Shown in pieces: positions 19,222 to 31,641 of a stretch of 64,000 nucleotides of DNA. The stretch is from the NCBI GenBank assembly GCA_964236265.1, contig CAXSDE010000006.1:17895-81894 (forward strand), given 5' to 3'. The DNA is from an uncultured bacterium. GTDB lineage: Bacteria; Actinomycetota; Actinomycetes; JAVEEB01. Positions within the stretch are counted from its first letter, which is position 1. Each line of letters begins with the position of its first letter. The notes beneath the pieces were generated by a model, which saw nothing but the letters and a program-made list of their open reading frames with translations, did no database searches and had not been told where the DNA came from. The position numbers and the translations under genes are program-made.

Positions 19222-20445
19222 TCAGGCGGCCAGTAGATCCGCGACCTCCGGCGCCGAGCGGATCGACGGCAGCCACGTCGCGCCCGCCGCGAGGATCAGT
19301 CCGGATGCGGCGAAGACCGCGACCGTGACGCGGGGCGTCGTCGCGGTGAGCAGCGCGCCCGCGAGCAGCGGACCGAACGGAGCGATCACCTGGGACAGCG
19401 TGAGTCGCACGGATTCGACGCGGCCGAGCAGCCGGTCCGGTGTGAGGGCGAGGCTGAAGGCATGCACCACCGAGTTGGTGCTGGGAATCGCGAGACCGGT
19501 CGGCACCAGGCAGACAGCGAGGACGACGGCGTGCGGCCAGATGACGAACGCCGCGCAGCCGAGCCACAGCCAGAACTCCAGCCGGATGATCGTGCGGGCC
19601 CGCAGCCGGCGGCGGACCCGGCCCGCCAGCGTCGAGCCGACGAGGATGCTGATCCCGAAAATCGCGACGAGCCCGCCGATCGTCGCCGACGACTGACCCT
19701 CCGACGTTCCCACGACCACGAGCGTCAGCACGAGGCCGGGTGCGATGAAGTTGCCGACGCCGAAGAGCAGGGCGCAGTCGCGCAGGAACGGCTGGCCCCA
19801 CAGGAACGTCGCCCCCTCCGTCAGGCGGGCGCGGCGGGACCGGTCGTCCGGAGTCGTGTCCGAACGGAAGGGCGTGCGGATCAGGAGCAACGAGGCGGTC
19901 GACAGGGCGTACGACGCGACGTCCACCGCGAAGGGCACCGCCCGCGCGACGGCGAACAGCGCGCCGCCGACCGGCGGCCCGAGCAACGACGCGGCGGCGT
20001 TGCGGGCGGTTCGCGCCGCGACCGCGGCAGGTAGTTGCCCGGCCGCCACGACAGCGGGCAGGGCGCCGGCGCCGGCCGCGAGGAACACGGCGTTGCCCGC
20101 GCCCTCCGCGATGGCGACGCCGGTCAGGAGTCCGTAGGACGCGTGGCCGCTCGCGAGGGCAACCACGAGCAGCAGCAACGCCGCTGCGCGCCAAGCGTCC
20201 GCGCCGATCATCAGGCGGCGGCGGTCGGAGGTGTCGGCCAGCAACCCCGCCGGCAGGGCGAGGAGGGCGAGCGGGACGATCCTGCTGAACGCCACCACGC
20301 CCGCGGCGGCCGGCGAGTGCGTCAGGGCCAGCGCGAGGAGCGGATAGGCGATCGTCGTGAGCTGCGACCCGCAGTCGGACAGCAACTGCCCCGACTGCAG
20401 CAACACGAAGTCGCGGTTGCGGCGCAACGGCGGGGGAGTCGTCAC
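19222..20445 (-). CDS. MFS transporter (EntS/MFS_3-like exporter)
   Basis: There are about 12 predicted TM helices. The N-terminus RRNRDFVLLQSGQLLSDCGSQLTTIAYPLLAL is typical of this MFS subfamily. I chose the start at GTG 20445; the ORF extends to 20568. Confidence 0.85.
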   Translation of the reverse strand: MTTPPPLRRNRDFVLLQSGQLLSDCGSQLTTIAYPLLALALTHSPAAAGVVAFSRIVPLALLALPAGLLADTSDRRRLMIGADAWRAAALLLLVVALASGHASYGLLTGVAIAEGAGNAVFLAAGAGALPAVVAAGQLPAAVAARTARNAAASLLGPPVGGALFAVARAVPFAVDVASYALSTASLLLIRTPFRSDTTPDDRSRRARLTEGATFLWGQPFLRDCALLFGVGNFIAPGLVLTLVVVGTSEGQSSATIGGLVAIFGISILVGSTLAGRVRRRLRARTIIRLEFWLWLGCAAFVIWPHAVVLAVCLVPTGLAIPSTNSVVHAFSLALTPDRLLGRVESVRLTLSQVIAPFGPLLAGALLTATTPRVTVAVFAASGLILAAGATWLPSIRSAPEVADLLAA

Positions 20446-20640
20446 TGGTGGGACCGTAGCGCAGCGGGCGCCGAAAGCGGCCTGCTCGTTATAAACGCCC
20501 GCAGCACTCCGCGACGACGGCCGAGGCGCGCGGTTCGGCGACGACGTGTCGTCGTACGAGAATCGCAAAGCTCTGGCTCGTCAACGCAAGCGACGGCTGA
20601 GTCAGCAGGCAAACGGAAACGTCGCCCCACGGGCCTGGCA

Positions 20641-21729
20641 CTACCGATCGGACAACGCCCGTCGAAGTCGGTCGAGATCGTCGTCCGTGCAGTCGATGTG
20701 CGGGCTGATGCGCAGGACCGCAACGGTCATCTCTCGCGGAGCGCGGGCCGTTCCCGCCGCGGTCGTGACGATGCGGTGGTCGGCGATGAGACGCGCGCGC
20801 GTCGTGACGATGTCTGCGCCCAGCGTTGACCGTAACGCAGTGATGGCGCACGGCGTGTCGTGCCGGTCCACGACCTGCCAGCCGGGCAGGTCCGCAAGGG
20901 CGGACCGAGTCTGTCGGCCGACGTCCCGCAGGCGTTCCCACACGGCCGGCGGCCCGAGGTCGACGTGCTCGCTGACAGCGACACTCAACCCGACCCTGCC
21001 GGCGACATGAGCCTCTCCGGATTCCAGCCGGCGAGGGACGGGCAAGGCCGCCGGAAACATGCCCGGCAGCGGAACGCGCAGGCCGTCCCACCATCGTTCG
21101 GAGATGCCCAGCACGCCGACGCCCCGCGGGCCCGCCAGCCACTTGCGGCTCGTGCTGTAGATCGCGTCCGCGCCCACCGCGGTGTCCACATGTCCCAACG
21201 CCTGCGCCGCATCCACCCACAGCGCCACCTCGTGGGCCCGGCACAGCAACGCCGCTTCCGCGACGGGCTGGACGAGTGCCCGGTGCGACGCGACCTGCGT
21301 CAGGTGCACCGCACTCGGCGGCGAGGTGAGCAACATGTGCTCCAACTGGTCCAGGTCGAGCCGTCCCGCGTCGTCGGTCGCCAGCTCACGGATCGCCAGG
21401 CCGCGGGCAGTGAAAGCCTCCAGCGCCGGGCCCCATTCGCTGGGGACCACGGCGACGCTGGCGCCCACCGCCAACGGCCATGCCGTCAACAGCGCCCCCA
21501 AGGACGCGGACGCACTCTCCGTGAAGACGACGCCACCGGCCGGGACACCGAGAAGTGCACCGATCCGCGCGCGACCCTCATCGATCACCGATCCCGCCAG
21601 CTGCTCCGCGACGTAGGCACCGACCTGACTTTCCAACAGCACGTGGTCGCCCGTCGCCCGCAGCACTGCCGGCGAGCTCCGAGACGCGGCGGCGTTGTCG
21701 AAGTTTCTCCACGCCTGTGAAGCACTCAT
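20641..21729 (-). CDS. class V aminotransferase-fold PLP enzyme (cysteine desulfurase / C-S lyase-like, EgtE-like)
   Basis: This is the C-terminal 362 aa of the 871-aa ORF, from ATG 21729 (MSASQAWRNF). YSTSRKWLAGPRGVGVL carries the PLP Lys context. The upstream 500 codons are Arg/Pro/Gly junk antisense to the next gene. Confidence 0.78.
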   Translation of the reverse strand: MSASQAWRNFDNAAASRSSPAVLRATGDHVLLESQVGAYVAEQLAGSVIDEGRARIGALLGVPAGGVVFTESASASLGALLTAWPLAVGASVAVVPSEWGPALEAFTARGLAIRELATDDAGRLDLDQLEHMLLTSPPSAVHLTQVASHRALVQPVAEAALLCRAHEVALWVDAAQALGHVDTAVGADAIYSTSRKWLAGPRGVGVLGISERWWDGLRVPLPGMFPAALPVPRRLESGEAHVAGRVGLSVAVSEHVDLGPPAVWERLRDVGRQTRSALADLPGWQVVDRHDTPCAITALRSTLGADIVTTRARLIADHRIVTTAAGTARAPREMTVAVLRISPHIDCTDDDLDRLRRALSDR

Positions 21730-21831
21730 TCTGTCAGTTTCGCAGCACGGCGCCACACCTTCGAGCTGCCGCGCTGACCGACGAGGCCCGCGCGCCGCTG
21801 CGCGCCTGCAGCAGCCCGCATACTGAATTGC

Positions 21832-23055
21832 GTGCAGACAAACCGGACCGGCGTGTCCGGGCGCGCCGTCCGCATCCAGGACTGGGCCCTGCACCGGATG
21901 GGTTGGCTGCGTCCGCTGTTTACGTGGCTCGTCCGCCGGCGCTGGCCGCTGCTCACCCTGCTGGCGGTGCTCTGCGCACTGGTGCCGCAGGCCGATTCCA
22001 ATCCGACCGACATCGATGTCTACTTCCTGCGGCCCGCGCTGCGGCTCGTGCAGCACGGCGACCTCACCGTGTTCACGCCGGAGATCCAGGTGGGACCGCT
22101 CTGCCTGGCCCTCATCGGCATCGGGGCCGTGGCCTCGACCTCGCTCGGGCTCAGTGGCGCGGTCGGCGCCTCCACCGTCCTGGCTCTGGTCGCTCTCGCC
22201 GTCACGGTGGTCGCGATCCACGCCGTGCTGCCGGCGGGCGCCAGCAGGGCGCTCGCCGCGTCGTACGAACTGTGTCTGAGTGTGCTGCTCATCTGGGGGT
22301 GCGTGCCGCTCGCGACCAGTTACGGCCACATCGAGGAGATGTTCCTGGCGCTCGTGCTCGTGATCGCCGCCGGCGAGGCGCAACGCGGCCACGGGGCACG
22401 AGCCGGGTTGTGGCTGGCCATCGCGCTGTCGTTGAAGTTGTGGGCGGTTGTCGGACTCGTCGTGCTCGTGCTGTCTCCGCGGGTCCGCGTCGCCGTCCGC
22501 GCCGGGCTCGTCGCGCTGCTCGGCGCGCTGGTGACCTACGCGCCGTTCTGGTGGGGTGGTCACTTCGGCACCTTCGACTTCCGCTGGACGGTGCAGCAGC
22601 ACGTGCCCGTGTCCTACCTCCTGGGTGCCGAGTCCCTGTTCGACTTCCGGGCCCGTTTCGTCCAGGTCGCACTGTCGTGCGTCGTCGGGCTGGTCGTTGC
22701 GATCCGGCTGCGCCGGGATGCGCGCGCGTTGTGGCTCGTGCCGGCCACCGTCATTGCCGTGCGACTGCTGCCCGACCCGATGTTGTTGCCCTATTACTGG
22801 ACCGGCCTCGTGGCGTGCTTCGTCCTCGGCATCGCGATGATGTCCTGGCCGCCGTTGCTGCGCGCGCTGGCCGGGATCGCCCTTACCGCGGGGGTCCTGA
22901 CGTCGGTGCTGATGCTGCGGGACTTCCCCCAACGCGCGTTGCTGACCGGCCTGTCGATCGGCGCGATCACGGTGTGCCTGGCGTGTGCACGACCGCGACG
23001 GACAGGGAATGTTGACCTGGTGCGGGTGGCGACGCCGGCTCCCAGCCATGCCTGA
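21832..23055 (+). CDS. polytopic integral membrane protein, possibly a GT-C/GT87 (DUF2029-like) glycosyltransferase
   Basis: 407 aa with about 10 hydrophobic helices. An early loop (DIDVYFLRPALRLVQHGDLTVF) resembles the acidic loop of GT87 mannosyltransferases. The family assignment is tentative. Confidence 0.5.
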   Translation: MQTNRTGVSGRAVRIQDWALHRMGWLRPLFTWLVRRRWPLLTLLAVLCALVPQADSNPTDIDVYFLRPALRLVQHGDLTVFTPEIQVGPLCLALIGIGAVASTSLGLSGAVGASTVLALVALAVTVVAIHAVLPAGASRALAASYELCLSVLLIWGCVPLATSYGHIEEMFLALVLVIAAGEAQRGHGARAGLWLAIALSLKLWAVVGLVVLVLSPRVRVAVRAGLVALLGALVTYAPFWWGGHFGTFDFRWTVQQHVPVSYLLGAESLFDFRARFVQVALSCVVGLVVAIRLRRDARALWLVPATVIAVRLLPDPMLLPYYWTGLVACFVLGIAMMSWPPLLRALAGIALTAGVLTSVLMLRDFPQRALLTGLSIGAITVCLACARPRRTGNVDLVRVATPAPSHA

Positions 23056-23101
23056 GCCGGTTCCCAGCCACGTCTGAGCACGCGCCCACCCGAGGAGACT
23101 C

Positions 23102-24085
23102 ATGCAGCAGCGCCACATCGCCCGACTCGGCCGGGACGTCAGCGAGATCGGATTGGGGTGCTGGCAGCTCGGCGGTGACTGGGGCGAGGTCGACGACGGT
23201 GCCGCCATGAGTGTGCTGCGCGCGGCCGCGGACTGGGGCGTCACCTTCCTCGACACCGCCGATGTCTACGGCGACGGACGCAGCGAGCAGTTCATCGGCC
23301 GCTTCTTGAAGGAACGCCCCGGCGCGGATCTGTTCGTCGCCACGAAGATGGGCCGCCGGGTCCCGCAGGAAGCGGCCAACTACACGCTCGCCAACTTCCG
23401 CGACTGGATCGACCGCTCGCGCACCAACCTCGGCGTCGACCGCCTCGACCTCGTGCAGCTGCACTGCCCGCCCGATGCCGTCTTCGCCTCCGACGAGGTC
23501 TTCGACGCCCTCGACGCGCTCGTCGCCGAGGAGCGCATCGCGGCCTACGGCATCAGCATCGAGACCGTCGGCCAGGGGATGTCCGCGCTGCAGCGGCCGG
23601 GGCTCGCGACACTGCAGGTCATCTACAACGCGTTGCGGCAGAAGCCGATGGACGAGCTGCTGCCGCAGGCGCACGCGGCCGGTGTCGGCGTCATCGCGCG
23701 CGTGCCGCTGGCGTCGGGCCTGCTGACCGGAAAATACAGCGCTGACACGACTTTCGCCGAGAACGACCACCGCAACTACAACCGTAACGGCGACGCGTTC
23801 GACGTGGGGGAGACCTTCTCCGGCGTCCCGTACGAGGTCGGGTTGGCCGCCGTGGAGAGACTGCGCCCGCTCGTGCCGGGCGGCGCGACGATGGCGCAGT
23901 GGGCCCTGCGGTGGATCCTCGCCGCCGATCCTGTCAGTGTCGTCATTCCCGGCGCCCGCAACGCGGACCAGGCCCGCGCCAACGCCGGGGCGGCGGAGTT
24001 GGCGCCGCTGAGCGCGGACGACCTCAAGACCGTCAAGGCCGTGTACGACGCGGACGTGCGTCCGCACGTCCAGGCCCGCTGGTAG
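23102..24085 (+). CDS. aldo/keto reductase
   Basis: GLGCWQLGGDWG, FLDTADVYGDGRSEQFIG and VIPGARNADQA are AKR hallmarks. Confidence 0.9.
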   Translation: MQQRHIARLGRDVSEIGLGCWQLGGDWGEVDDGAAMSVLRAAADWGVTFLDTADVYGDGRSEQFIGRFLKERPGADLFVATKMGRRVPQEAANYTLANFRDWIDRSRTNLGVDRLDLVQLHCPPDAVFASDEVFDALDALVAEERIAAYGISIETVGQGMSALQRPGLATLQVIYNALRQKPMDELLPQAHAAGVGVIARVPLASGLLTGKYSADTTFAENDHRNYNRNGDAFDVGETFSGVPYEVGLAAVERLRPLVPGGATMAQWALRWILAADPVSVVIPGARNADQARANAGAAELAPLSADDLKTVKAVYDADVRPHVQARW

Positions 24086-24144
24086 CCACGGGAGCGCGCG
24101 GACGCCAGACGATGCGCCACGAGACGGTGCGCCAGGATGGAGGC

Positions 24145-24879
24145 ATGACGGTGTTCGGTGCTATCGCGGGCGACTACGCCGACGTACGTCCCGATTTCCC
24201 GCCCTCCATCACCTCGGCCATCGCGCACTACGCCGGCCGCGTCGACAGCGTGGTGGAGATCGGCGCGGGGACGGGCACGGGGACGGCGGTGTTCCGCGGG
24301 TTGGCCGATCGGATCCTCTGCGTGGAGCCGGATCCGCGGATGGCGGCGCGGTTGCGGACCCAGTTCCCGGACGCGCAGGTCGCCGTGTCGACGTTCGAGG
24401 AGTGGTCGCCGCCCGCGGGCGGCGTGCCGCTGCTCGCCGCCGCCCTCGCCTGGCACTGGTTCGACGCCGAGCGGCGGTGCGCGCTCGCCTTCGCCGCGCT
24501 GGCTCCGGGCGGCGTGCTGGCCGTCGTCGGGCGGCGCTACGGCTTCGTCGACCCCGCGCAGCATCAGGCGGTCGACGCCGTCCTGTCGACCGCGTGGCCG
24601 GTCCCCGCGGAGCGCGCCGACGGCTGGATCGCCGACGATGTCGCGGCGAGTGGGCTCTTCGAGGACATCACGTTGTCGCAGCACGACACGCAGATCACGC
24701 TCGCTCCCGAGGACTGCTGCCGGCTCGTGCGGACCTACTCGCCCTTCCAGTTGCTGGCGCCGGGATTGCGCGCCGACGTCCTGACGCGGCTGCGCGGGGC
24801 GCTCGACGGCCCCGTCGGAGTCGACATGGCGACGACGCTCACGCTGGCGCGCCGCGGCGCGGGCCCGCCCGGCAGCTAA
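24145..24879 (+). CDS. class I SAM-dependent methyltransferase
   Basis: Taken from ATG 24145 (MTVFGAIAGDYADVRP). Motif I is VVEIGAGTGTGTAVF. Post-I is CVEPDPRM. Confidence 0.8.
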   Translation: MTVFGAIAGDYADVRPDFPPSITSAIAHYAGRVDSVVEIGAGTGTGTAVFRGLADRILCVEPDPRMAARLRTQFPDAQVAVSTFEEWSPPAGGVPLLAAALAWHWFDAERRCALAFAALAPGGVLAVVGRRYGFVDPAQHQAVDAVLSTAWPVPAERADGWIADDVAASGLFEDITLSQHDTQITLAPEDCCRLVRTYSPFQLLAPGLRADVLTRLRGALDGPVGVDMATTLTLARRGAGPPGS

Positions 24880-24889
24880 CCTCGCACCC

Positions 24890-27957
<3,068 letters not shown>

Positions 27958-27975
27958 GCCGGTCGGCAGCCCTCG

Positions 27976-28212
27976 TCAGCCGGCCGACTCGCCGATGCCC
28001 GTGCCTTCGCCCTCGCCGGGAGGGGCGGCGTCGTGGTGGGAACCGTCGACATCGGCCGATGAGCCGACGCCGCGGGCATACGCGGTCTCGACGTGCACCG
28101 GGCCGCGCGACGGGCCGCCCTCGTCGTCGGGGGCCTGATCAGCGGTCGCTGCGTCAGTCTCCGGCTGCACGCTCGGGTCGGGAATGGAGTTGCCTTCGAA
28201 CACGTCCGGCAC
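27976..28212 (-). CDS. small acidic protein, unknown function
   Basis: 78 aa from GTG 28212, preceded by AAGGAGA 7 nt upstream (plus-strand tctcctt at 28219-28225). Third-position GC is high. No family was recognised. Confidence 0.45.
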   Translation of the reverse strand: MPDVFEGNSIPDPSVQPETDAATADQAPDDEGGPSRGPVHVETAYARGVGSSADVDGSHHDAAPPGEGEGTGIGESAG

Positions 28213-28344
28213 GGCTGGTCTCCTTGCTGAGGGTGGCTGCCTCCTACCCACTGGCGCGACGATCACCTGCACGGCGCGCCGGGCGGGTTCAGTGCGCTCC
28301 TCGAAGCGTCGATGCAAGAAGCAACGGCCGACGAAGGAGGTCTG

Positions 28345-28719
28345 ATGTCAGTCGCCCAACAGCACGTTGATCCCTGTGTGCGCTGTCACGTCGGACACCA
28401 CGGTCGGCTCGCCTGCAGCGACACCGACCTGGCGCGTTGCCGGCTGGAGGCGGCCGGCAGTCCCGTCCTGCCCGCTCCGGGGCGCGTCGACGAAGGCGCC
28501 ATCAAGCGGGCGCTGATTCTTCGCCTCCGACCGACGCCGACATCGTTTGGCTGGAAGGGCCGCATCGCCCTCACCGTGCCGCCGATCGCGCTGCTGTTGG
28601 CACTGGCCCGGATCATGGGCCTGGGTCTCGAGGTGTATGTGCTGACAGTCGGGGGGCCGACACTGTTTTTCACCCTGTGGTGGACGAAGCGCGTGTGGGA
28701 ATCGCCTCGACGACGCTGA
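28345..28719 (+). CDS. Cys/His-rich N-terminus plus two-TM membrane protein, unknown function
   Basis: Taken from ATG 28345. The N-terminus is CVRCHVGHHGRLACSDTDLARC. Two hydrophobic helices follow (LTVPPIALLLALARIMGLGL, VLTVGGPTLFFTLWW). Confidence 0.4.
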   Translation: MSVAQQHVDPCVRCHVGHHGRLACSDTDLARCRLEAAGSPVLPAPGRVDEGAIKRALILRLRPTPTSFGWKGRIALTVPPIALLLALARIMGLGLEVYVLTVGGPTLFFTLWWTKRVWESPRRR

Positions 28720-28741
28720 CGTCGGCGGCGCCCTCATCGGG

Positions 28742-29395
28742 CTAGGCGCCGCGGATCGCCGCCGCCAGCGAGCACAGGTGAGCGAGCCGCGCCAGCTCCG
28801 AGTCCAGGAACGGTGGCCCGCCCGGGCGGCCGACCACGAGGGCGACGGGCATGGTGCCGACCGGTGCGGCCGCCAGTTGCAGGTCGGCGCGGCGCAGCTC
28901 CCCGGGGAGCCACTGCTCGTCGTCCGACAGGCGGCGAGCCTTGCCCATCGGCAGCCACGAGACGTCCACCTCGTCGAGCTCGGGGGCGGCGGTGCTGCCC
29001 GCCAGCAGACCGGCATCCGTGTCGTCCTTGCCGACCAGGAGTGCCCACCCCGATCGCAGCACGTCGGGGACGAACTCGGTGAGGACCATGAGCACGCTGG
29101 CGCGGTCAGCAATTGCCAGTTCTTCGACGAGGTCCATGTCGCGGTGCAGGTCGATTGCTCCGGCCCACCGGCGCAGGGACTCCACGCGGGCGCCCGTCGA
29201 GAGCACCGCGGTGTAGAGGGTGTCCGCCAGGGCGCCGGCCGGCAGGTGCACCAGGATGTCGTCGATGGCCGACGCGCTCGTGCGCTCGACGACGACGATG
29301 CTCTCGATGTCGCCGCCCACTGCGCCGATGGCGGAGGCAACAGCGCCCAGCGCCCCGGGGATGTCCGGGAGGGCGACGCGCAGCAGATAGCTCAT
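28742..29395 (-). CDS. ACT-domain-containing protein (Rv3013-like)
   Basis: The N-terminal ACT pattern is MSYLLRVALPDIPGALGAVASAIGAVGGDIESIVVVER. The position between ligA and gatC matches mycobacterial synteny. Confidence 0.75.
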   Translation of the reverse strand: MSYLLRVALPDIPGALGAVASAIGAVGGDIESIVVVERTSASAIDDILVHLPAGALADTLYTAVLSTGARVESLRRWAGAIDLHRDMDLVEELAIADRASVLMVLTEFVPDVLRSGWALLVGKDDTDAGLLAGSTAAPELDEVDVSWLPMGKARRLSDDEQWLPGELRRADLQLAAAPVGTMPVALVVGRPGGPPFLDSELARLAHLCSLAAAIRGA

Positions 29396-29499
29396 GTGTC
29401 CCCCCTCGGCCCGGCCGGTCGTCAGGCAGTGTGATCAGCATTCTCCTCACACGTTGCAGGCATGTGACCACGCGGTGTCGCCGGGGTAGCGTCGACTGC

Positions 29500-31074
29500 A
29501 TGTCCCCGTCCCGAAACGCCCTCGCTGTCCGAGTCGGAACGGCCCGAGTCGAGACGGCCCGACGCACTCGGGGCGGCCGCATGGCCGCGGCCGCCGTCCT
29601 GTTGGTGGCGCTCACGTCCTGCAGCACGGGGGGTGGGGCCCCAGCGCCTGCCGAGACGGGCCCGTCGATCCCCGCGCCTGCCGCGTCGATCCCCGCGCCT
29701 GCCGCGTCGGCCTCGCCGTCCGCGTCGGCCTCGACCGTTGCCGAGCCCGCCACCCCAGTGCCCGGCAAGGCGCGTGCAGCAGTTGCCGGCGCTGTGGCCG
29801 GCTACTGGCCCACCTTCGGGCGGACGCGGGCGCGCAGCAGCCACCTCACGGGGATGCCCGTGGCCAACAAGGCCGGCCTCGCCTTCACCGCCCGACTGGA
29901 CGGCGCCGTCTACGCGCAGCCGCTGCTCGTCGGCGGGCGACTTCTCGTGGCCACGGAAAACAACTCGATCTACGCGCTCAACGCGGCGAGCGGGGCCGTC
30001 ATCTGGCGGACGCACCTCGGTGCACCCGTCAGCCGCTCCACGCTCCCGTGCGGCAACATCGACCCGCTCGGGATCACGGGCACGCCGGTCTACGACCCGT
30101 ACACGAAATGGGTCTACGCGGTGACCGAGACCGCCGGTGCCCGCCACACGCTGGTCGCCGTCGACGGCGCGACAGGCGCCGTCAAGCTCCGCCGCAACGT
30201 CGACCCGAAGGCCGCCGGCTTCACCTCCTCGGTGGACCCGACTCCCTACCAGCAGCGCGCCGCGCTGCTGCGGGTCGGCCGCACGATCTACGTCACGTAC
30301 GGCGGGCTCGCGGGGGACTGCGGCCCCTACATCGGCACCGTGCTCGGTGTGCCCGATCAAGGCAGCGGGCGCATCTCCGGCTGGCGCCCCGGCACGCCGC
30401 GCGAGGGTGGCATGTGGAACCCCGCCGGGCCGGCGCTCGCCCCCAACGGGCACCTCGTCGTCCCTGTCGGCAATGGGCAGGTCACGAGTGGCCGCTTCGA
30501 CGGGTCGGACTCGCTCACCGAGCTGTCGACGGCGCTGAAGAGGATCTCCTACTTCGCCCCCGCCCAATGGGGCAACGACAATGCTGGTGACCAGGACCTC
30601 AGCTCGGGCTCGCCCGCCGTGGTCACCGTCGGGTCCGCGACGTGGGCCGTGATCGTCGGCAAAGCCGGTGTCGCCTACCTCGTGAAGATCGGCGCCATGG
30701 GCGGCATCGGCGGCGAGCGCGCGGCTGTCAACGTCGGCTGCCGCTCGCTCGGCACGTCCGCGACCTACGGCACGACCGTCATTCAAAACTGCGGCATCAG
30801 CGGTCAGGTCATGGCGTTCACGGTCGGCAACGGCACGTTGACCCGCCGGTGGTCGGTCACCCAGGACGCCTGGGGTGCGGCAACCGGCGGCGGCCGCGTC
30901 TTCCTCGTGACGAAGGGAGGCGCGCTGCAGCTCCGCACCGTCGCGAGCGGTCGGCTCGTCACCAGCGTCGGCCTCGGCGACTCCGTGCCGCACTTCGTGG
31001 TCCCGATGCTGACGAAGTCGAGCGCCTACGTCGGCACCGACCACGGTGTCGTGCGCGTCCGGCTCGCCTCCTAG
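29500..31074 (+). CDS. PQQ-like beta-propeller repeat lipoprotein (BamB/YxaL-like)
   Basis: Taken from ATG 29500. The lipobox is LLVALTSC. After a Pro/Ala/Ser linker come repeated propeller blades (AVYAQPLLVGGRLLVATENNSIYALNAASGAVIWR...). Its TAG stop (31072-31074) coincides with the TA at the IS630 left end. Confidence 0.75.
   Translation: MSPSRNALAVRVGTARVETARRTRGGRMAAAAVLLVALTSCSTGGGAPAPAETGPSIPAPAASIPAPAASASPSASASTVAEPATPVPGKARAAVAGAVAGYWPTFGRTRARSSHLTGMPVANKAGLAFTARLDGAVYAQPLLVGGRLLVATENNSIYALNAASGAVIWRTHLGAPVSRSTLPCGNIDPLGITGTPVYDPYTKWVYAVTETAGARHTLVAVDGATGAVKLRRNVDPKAAGFTSSVDPTPYQQRAALLRVGRTIYVTYGGLAGDCGPYIGTVLGVPDQGSGRISGWRPGTPREGGMWNPAGPALAPNGHLVVPVGNGQVTSGRFDGSDSLTELSTALKRISYFAPAQWGNDNAGDQDLSSGSPAVVTVGSATWAVIVGKAGVAYLVKIGAMGGIGGERAAVNVGCRSLGTSATYGTTVIQNCGISGQVMAFTVGNGTLTRRWSVTQDAWGAATGGGRVFLVTKGGALQLRTVASGRLVTSVGLGDSVPHFVVPMLTKSSAYVGTDHGVVRVRLAS
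29665..29706. repeat. 21-bp perfect tandem duplication (TCGATCCCCGCGCCTGCCGCG x2), in frame (SIPAPAA x2) in the lipoprotein linker
   Basis: Read directly. Units occupy 29665-29685 and 29686-29706. Confidence 0.9.
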
Positions 31075-31119
31075 TGGTGTGTCTGTGACGTCTGTGATTT
31101 AGCACGGTAATATGGGGTC

Positions 31120-31593
31120 ATGCCTTTTGAGACTGCGGCGTCGATACCGGTGAGTGTTGATCAGCGTGTCGCGTTGGTGCGGATGTCGAGGTCGAGATCG
31201 TTGCCGCATCGCATGGTGGTGCAGGCCAAGGGATTGTTGTTGGCCGCTGACGGGGTCGCGAATCAGGAGATTGCGCGTCGCTGCGAGGTCGATTCGGACA
31301 CGGTGCGGCGGTGGCGTACTCGCTTTGCTGTCAAGGGTGTCGACGGGGTCGGGGTGATCGCGAAGGGTCGTGGCCGCAAGCCTTCGATCCCGACGGGGAC
31401 CGTGCAGGAAGTGGTGCGCCTGACGCATCAGGAAACGCCTGCGGACGGGTCGACGCATTGGAGTACCCGTTCGATGGCTGCGCGGGTCGGGATCGGCAAG
31501 GACGCGGTCGCCAGGATCTGGTCCGATCACGGACTGAAACCGTGGCGAGTCGACACGTTGAAGATCAGCAACGATCCCCGGTTCGAGAAGTAG
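31120..31593 (+). pseudogene. IS630-family transposase, N-terminal DNA-binding part ending at an in-frame TAG
   Basis: The 157-aa ORF reads ...VANQEIARRCEVDSDTVRRWRTRFAVKGVDGV...THWSTRSMAARVGIGKDAVARIWSDHGLKPWRVDTLKISNDPRFEK-stop. The same frame continues after the TAG (LVDVVGLYLNPPARAA) until the junction at 31641. Confidence 0.8.
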
Positions 31594-31641
31594 CTGGTCG
31601 ATGTCGTCGGGCTGTATCTGAACCCGCCGGCGCGTGCCGCG
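31247..31641. repeat. 395-bp direct repeat, copy 1 (pairs with 35017-35411; 3 mismatches)
   Basis: Base-by-base comparison at offset 3770. Differences occur only at 31561/35331 (a/g), 31588/35358 (a/g) and 31606/35376 (g/t). Confidence 0.9.

Larger units (their letters stand above)
31072..31641 (+). mobile_element. IS630-family insertion sequence, left portion (IRL plus the first ~520 nt of the transposase gene)
   Basis: The end sequence TA-GTGGTGTGTCTGTGACG matches the reverse complement of the right end at 36000 (TA-GTGGTCCGTCTGCG). The HTH-type N-terminal transposase ORF follows. Homology to the second copy stops abruptly at 31641. Confidence 0.8.

Noticed and set aside
21555-23015. 486-aa plus-strand ORF, and the N-terminal 500 codons of the 871-aa minus ORF (21730-23256)
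   Set aside because: Both overlap the polytopic membrane-protein frame at 21832..23055, which has regular hydrophobic helices. The rejected frames are Arg/Pro/Gly-rich. The minus ORF only makes sense from ATG 21729.
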